A stretch of DNA of 64,000 nt from Balanoglossus misakiensis. Its lineage: Eukaryota > Animalia > Hemichordata. The DNA lies in the NCBI GenBank assembly GCA_040954595.2, contig CM082582.2, positions 1,534,303 to 1,598,302 of the forward strand. Reading direction: 5' to 3'. This document shows positions 63,076 through 64,000 of the stretch, piece by piece. Position 1 is the first letter of the stretch, and each line of letters opens with the position of its first letter. Position numbers and translations under genes: made by a program. The notes under the pieces were generated by a model that saw only the letters and a program-made list of their open reading frames with translations, did no database searches and was not told where the DNA came from.

Positions 63076-63651
63076 GTGTTGATGAAATAGCTACATGCCT
63101 ATTGTTAACAAGCAGCTGACTGTACTGAAAGAATGGAAGTGTTGTGTACCTATTTTACATATTCAATATTTGTAATTAGACCATGTCATGTATATCTTGG
63201 GGATTGCTCGATCGCAATGTCTCTGCTGGTACAATGTCCTTTTAACTTGTACAGTAATATGGTAGTGATTGTAAGTTTGTGTACGGCATTTGTAAGTTAT
63301 TTTCAATTTATAATTTTTTTGTAAGTTTCTTCATTCTCAAATTGCTTGCCTAACGTACTGCTTTAAAATTTAAATTTTGGTATGATTTTGAGTAGACTTT
63401 TTGTTTCAAAATTATTTTCGACACTTGACATTTTTGGGTGATATGATTTTACATGGAAAATCTGATTTCCCTGTAATTCGGTTGACAGGATTTTCACAAT
63501 ATCTCTAAATCATGAAGTACATGTATCAGAATTGCATCAGGCCCCCAAAATTCTAGTCGCCCTTGGCAAGTAATATTAGCCATTGTTGTCCAAGGACGTT
63601 GAAGGTACAATTGGTTTTTAAACTTACTATGTAGGCATTTTATCAGAATTA

Positions 63652-64000
63652 TTAGGTCCCATTTGGTGCAGGTATATGTATTTATACCATGGGACCTTAT
63701 GGGATCAGTTGCACCTGTATATATGGATGTCTGTATGGATGTTTGTCTGTATGTCTATCAATATCAAACACTTGGAAACCACTGGCATGTGACCTTGATA
63801 TTTAGTGTGGAGATGCAGGCAGGGCATTAAGTGGGAGTTGTCAAAATGAACTTGTCATTGCCAAAATATGCAAATTAGCTGGGAAAGTGTCAAATTCGTC
63901 CAAACTCGGGAACTCGACAACTACTGAGCAAATTGCTTTCAAAATTGAAAATTGGTATTCCTGTAAGTTATGTTAACCTCACACAGTTCTATATGTTGTG
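63652..64000 (+). mobile_element. HINE-like element (AGGTCCCA family), paralogue of 56832 inside the duplication
   Basis: AGGTCCCA (63654) / TGGGACCT (63690), (GTAT/GGAT)n tract and the same core. Confidence 0.6.

Larger units (their letters stand above)
60711..64000 (+). repeat. Local segmental duplication, copy B (runs off the window)
   Basis: Matches 54236-57154. Lacks MITE A, carries ~620 bp extra at ~61280-61898 and a G/C-run-rich block at ~62512-63075. Confidence 0.93.

Noticed and set aside
56215-63324. Duplicated ORF MLCTYFTYSIFVIRPCHVYLGD...
   Set aside because: Similarity is explained by the segmental duplication; the ends differ in frame and composition looks UTR/intron-like.

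Overview
Eukaryotic (animal, probably marine-invertebrate) genomic DNA with no intact protein-coding gene. Bases 1-35964 are one AT-rich satellite array. It has a ~78-bp monomer, a ~277-bp four-monomer unit and 1.5-4.2 kb higher-order repeats (HORs), and a less ordered right edge, as expected at a (peri)centromeric array boundary. All ORFs called there are artefacts of the 78-bp (26-codon) period. The remaining 28 kb is dense with transposon remnants: TTAA-flanked (Kolobok/T2-type) MITEs of three families, and Helentron-associated (HINE/DINE-1-like) elements. One HINE encloses an RTE-X-like LINE fragment (itself split by a MITE) and an L2 3' end. There are also a spliced, frameshifted hAT (ZNF862-like) transposase, a ~169-bp tandem array, a foldback MITE with a 7-bp TSD and a local duplication with a ~6.5-kb offset. 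The most unusual observation lies in that duplication: four small exon-like cassettes in two alternating types share branch point, acceptor and donor context but are mutually antisense, so splicing would assemble a long hairpin whose innermost stem closes across the exon-exon junction. All coordinates were counted by eye; family assignments rest on motifs, not database searches.
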